From assembly GCF_006345805.1 (NCBI RefSeq), contig NC_043011.1:37832464-37896463 (forward strand): a DNA stretch of 64,000 nt. Direction: 5' to 3'. Below, in pieces: positions 63,996 through 64,000 of the stretch. Position numbers and translations under genes: made by a program. Under the pieces are notes generated by a model. The model did not search any database. It was given only the letters and a program-made list of their open reading frames with translations, and had not been told where the DNA came from. Position 1 is the stretch's first letter. Every line of letters begins with the position of its first letter. The stretch is from Octopus sinensis. Lineage: Eukaryota.

Positions 63996-64000
63996 CCTCT

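Overview
AT-rich, microsatellite-saturated eukaryotic DNA, very likely from an octopus (coleoid cephalopod). This is inferred from two abundant tRNA-derived SINE families that match my recollection of the octopus OR1/OR2-type SINEs; no database search was possible. No intact protein-coding gene is visible, and most ORFs in the track are microsatellite artefacts or antisense shadows of transposon fragments. The window is a transposon graveyard. It holds two decayed Ty3/Gypsy (Mag-like) elements, four R4/Dong-like restriction-endonuclease LINE fragments, a Tx1/L1 3' fragment with a 15-bp TSD, three L1-type ORF1 remnants, Penelope-like (RT, GIY-YIG) fragments, RTE ends, mariner remnants, a Helitron helicase scrap and more than 20 SINE copies. 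The most notable structures are: (1) a non-coding 586-bp unit in partial tandem carrying an intact-looking type I hammerhead ribozyme with a long stem II (retrozyme-like, 24900-25748); (2) an ORF1-only 'half-L1' element whose 3' tail is shared with a Tx1-like LINE and with the main SINE family; (3) a 303-bp near-perfect palindrome with a 1-nt centre; (4) a 442-bp MITE with an 8-bp TSD and internal TTAGGG repeats; (5) a candidate 33-nt microexon on the minus strand. All translations and alignments were done by eye. Boundaries are approximate unless a TSD, TIR or repeat junction is quoted.
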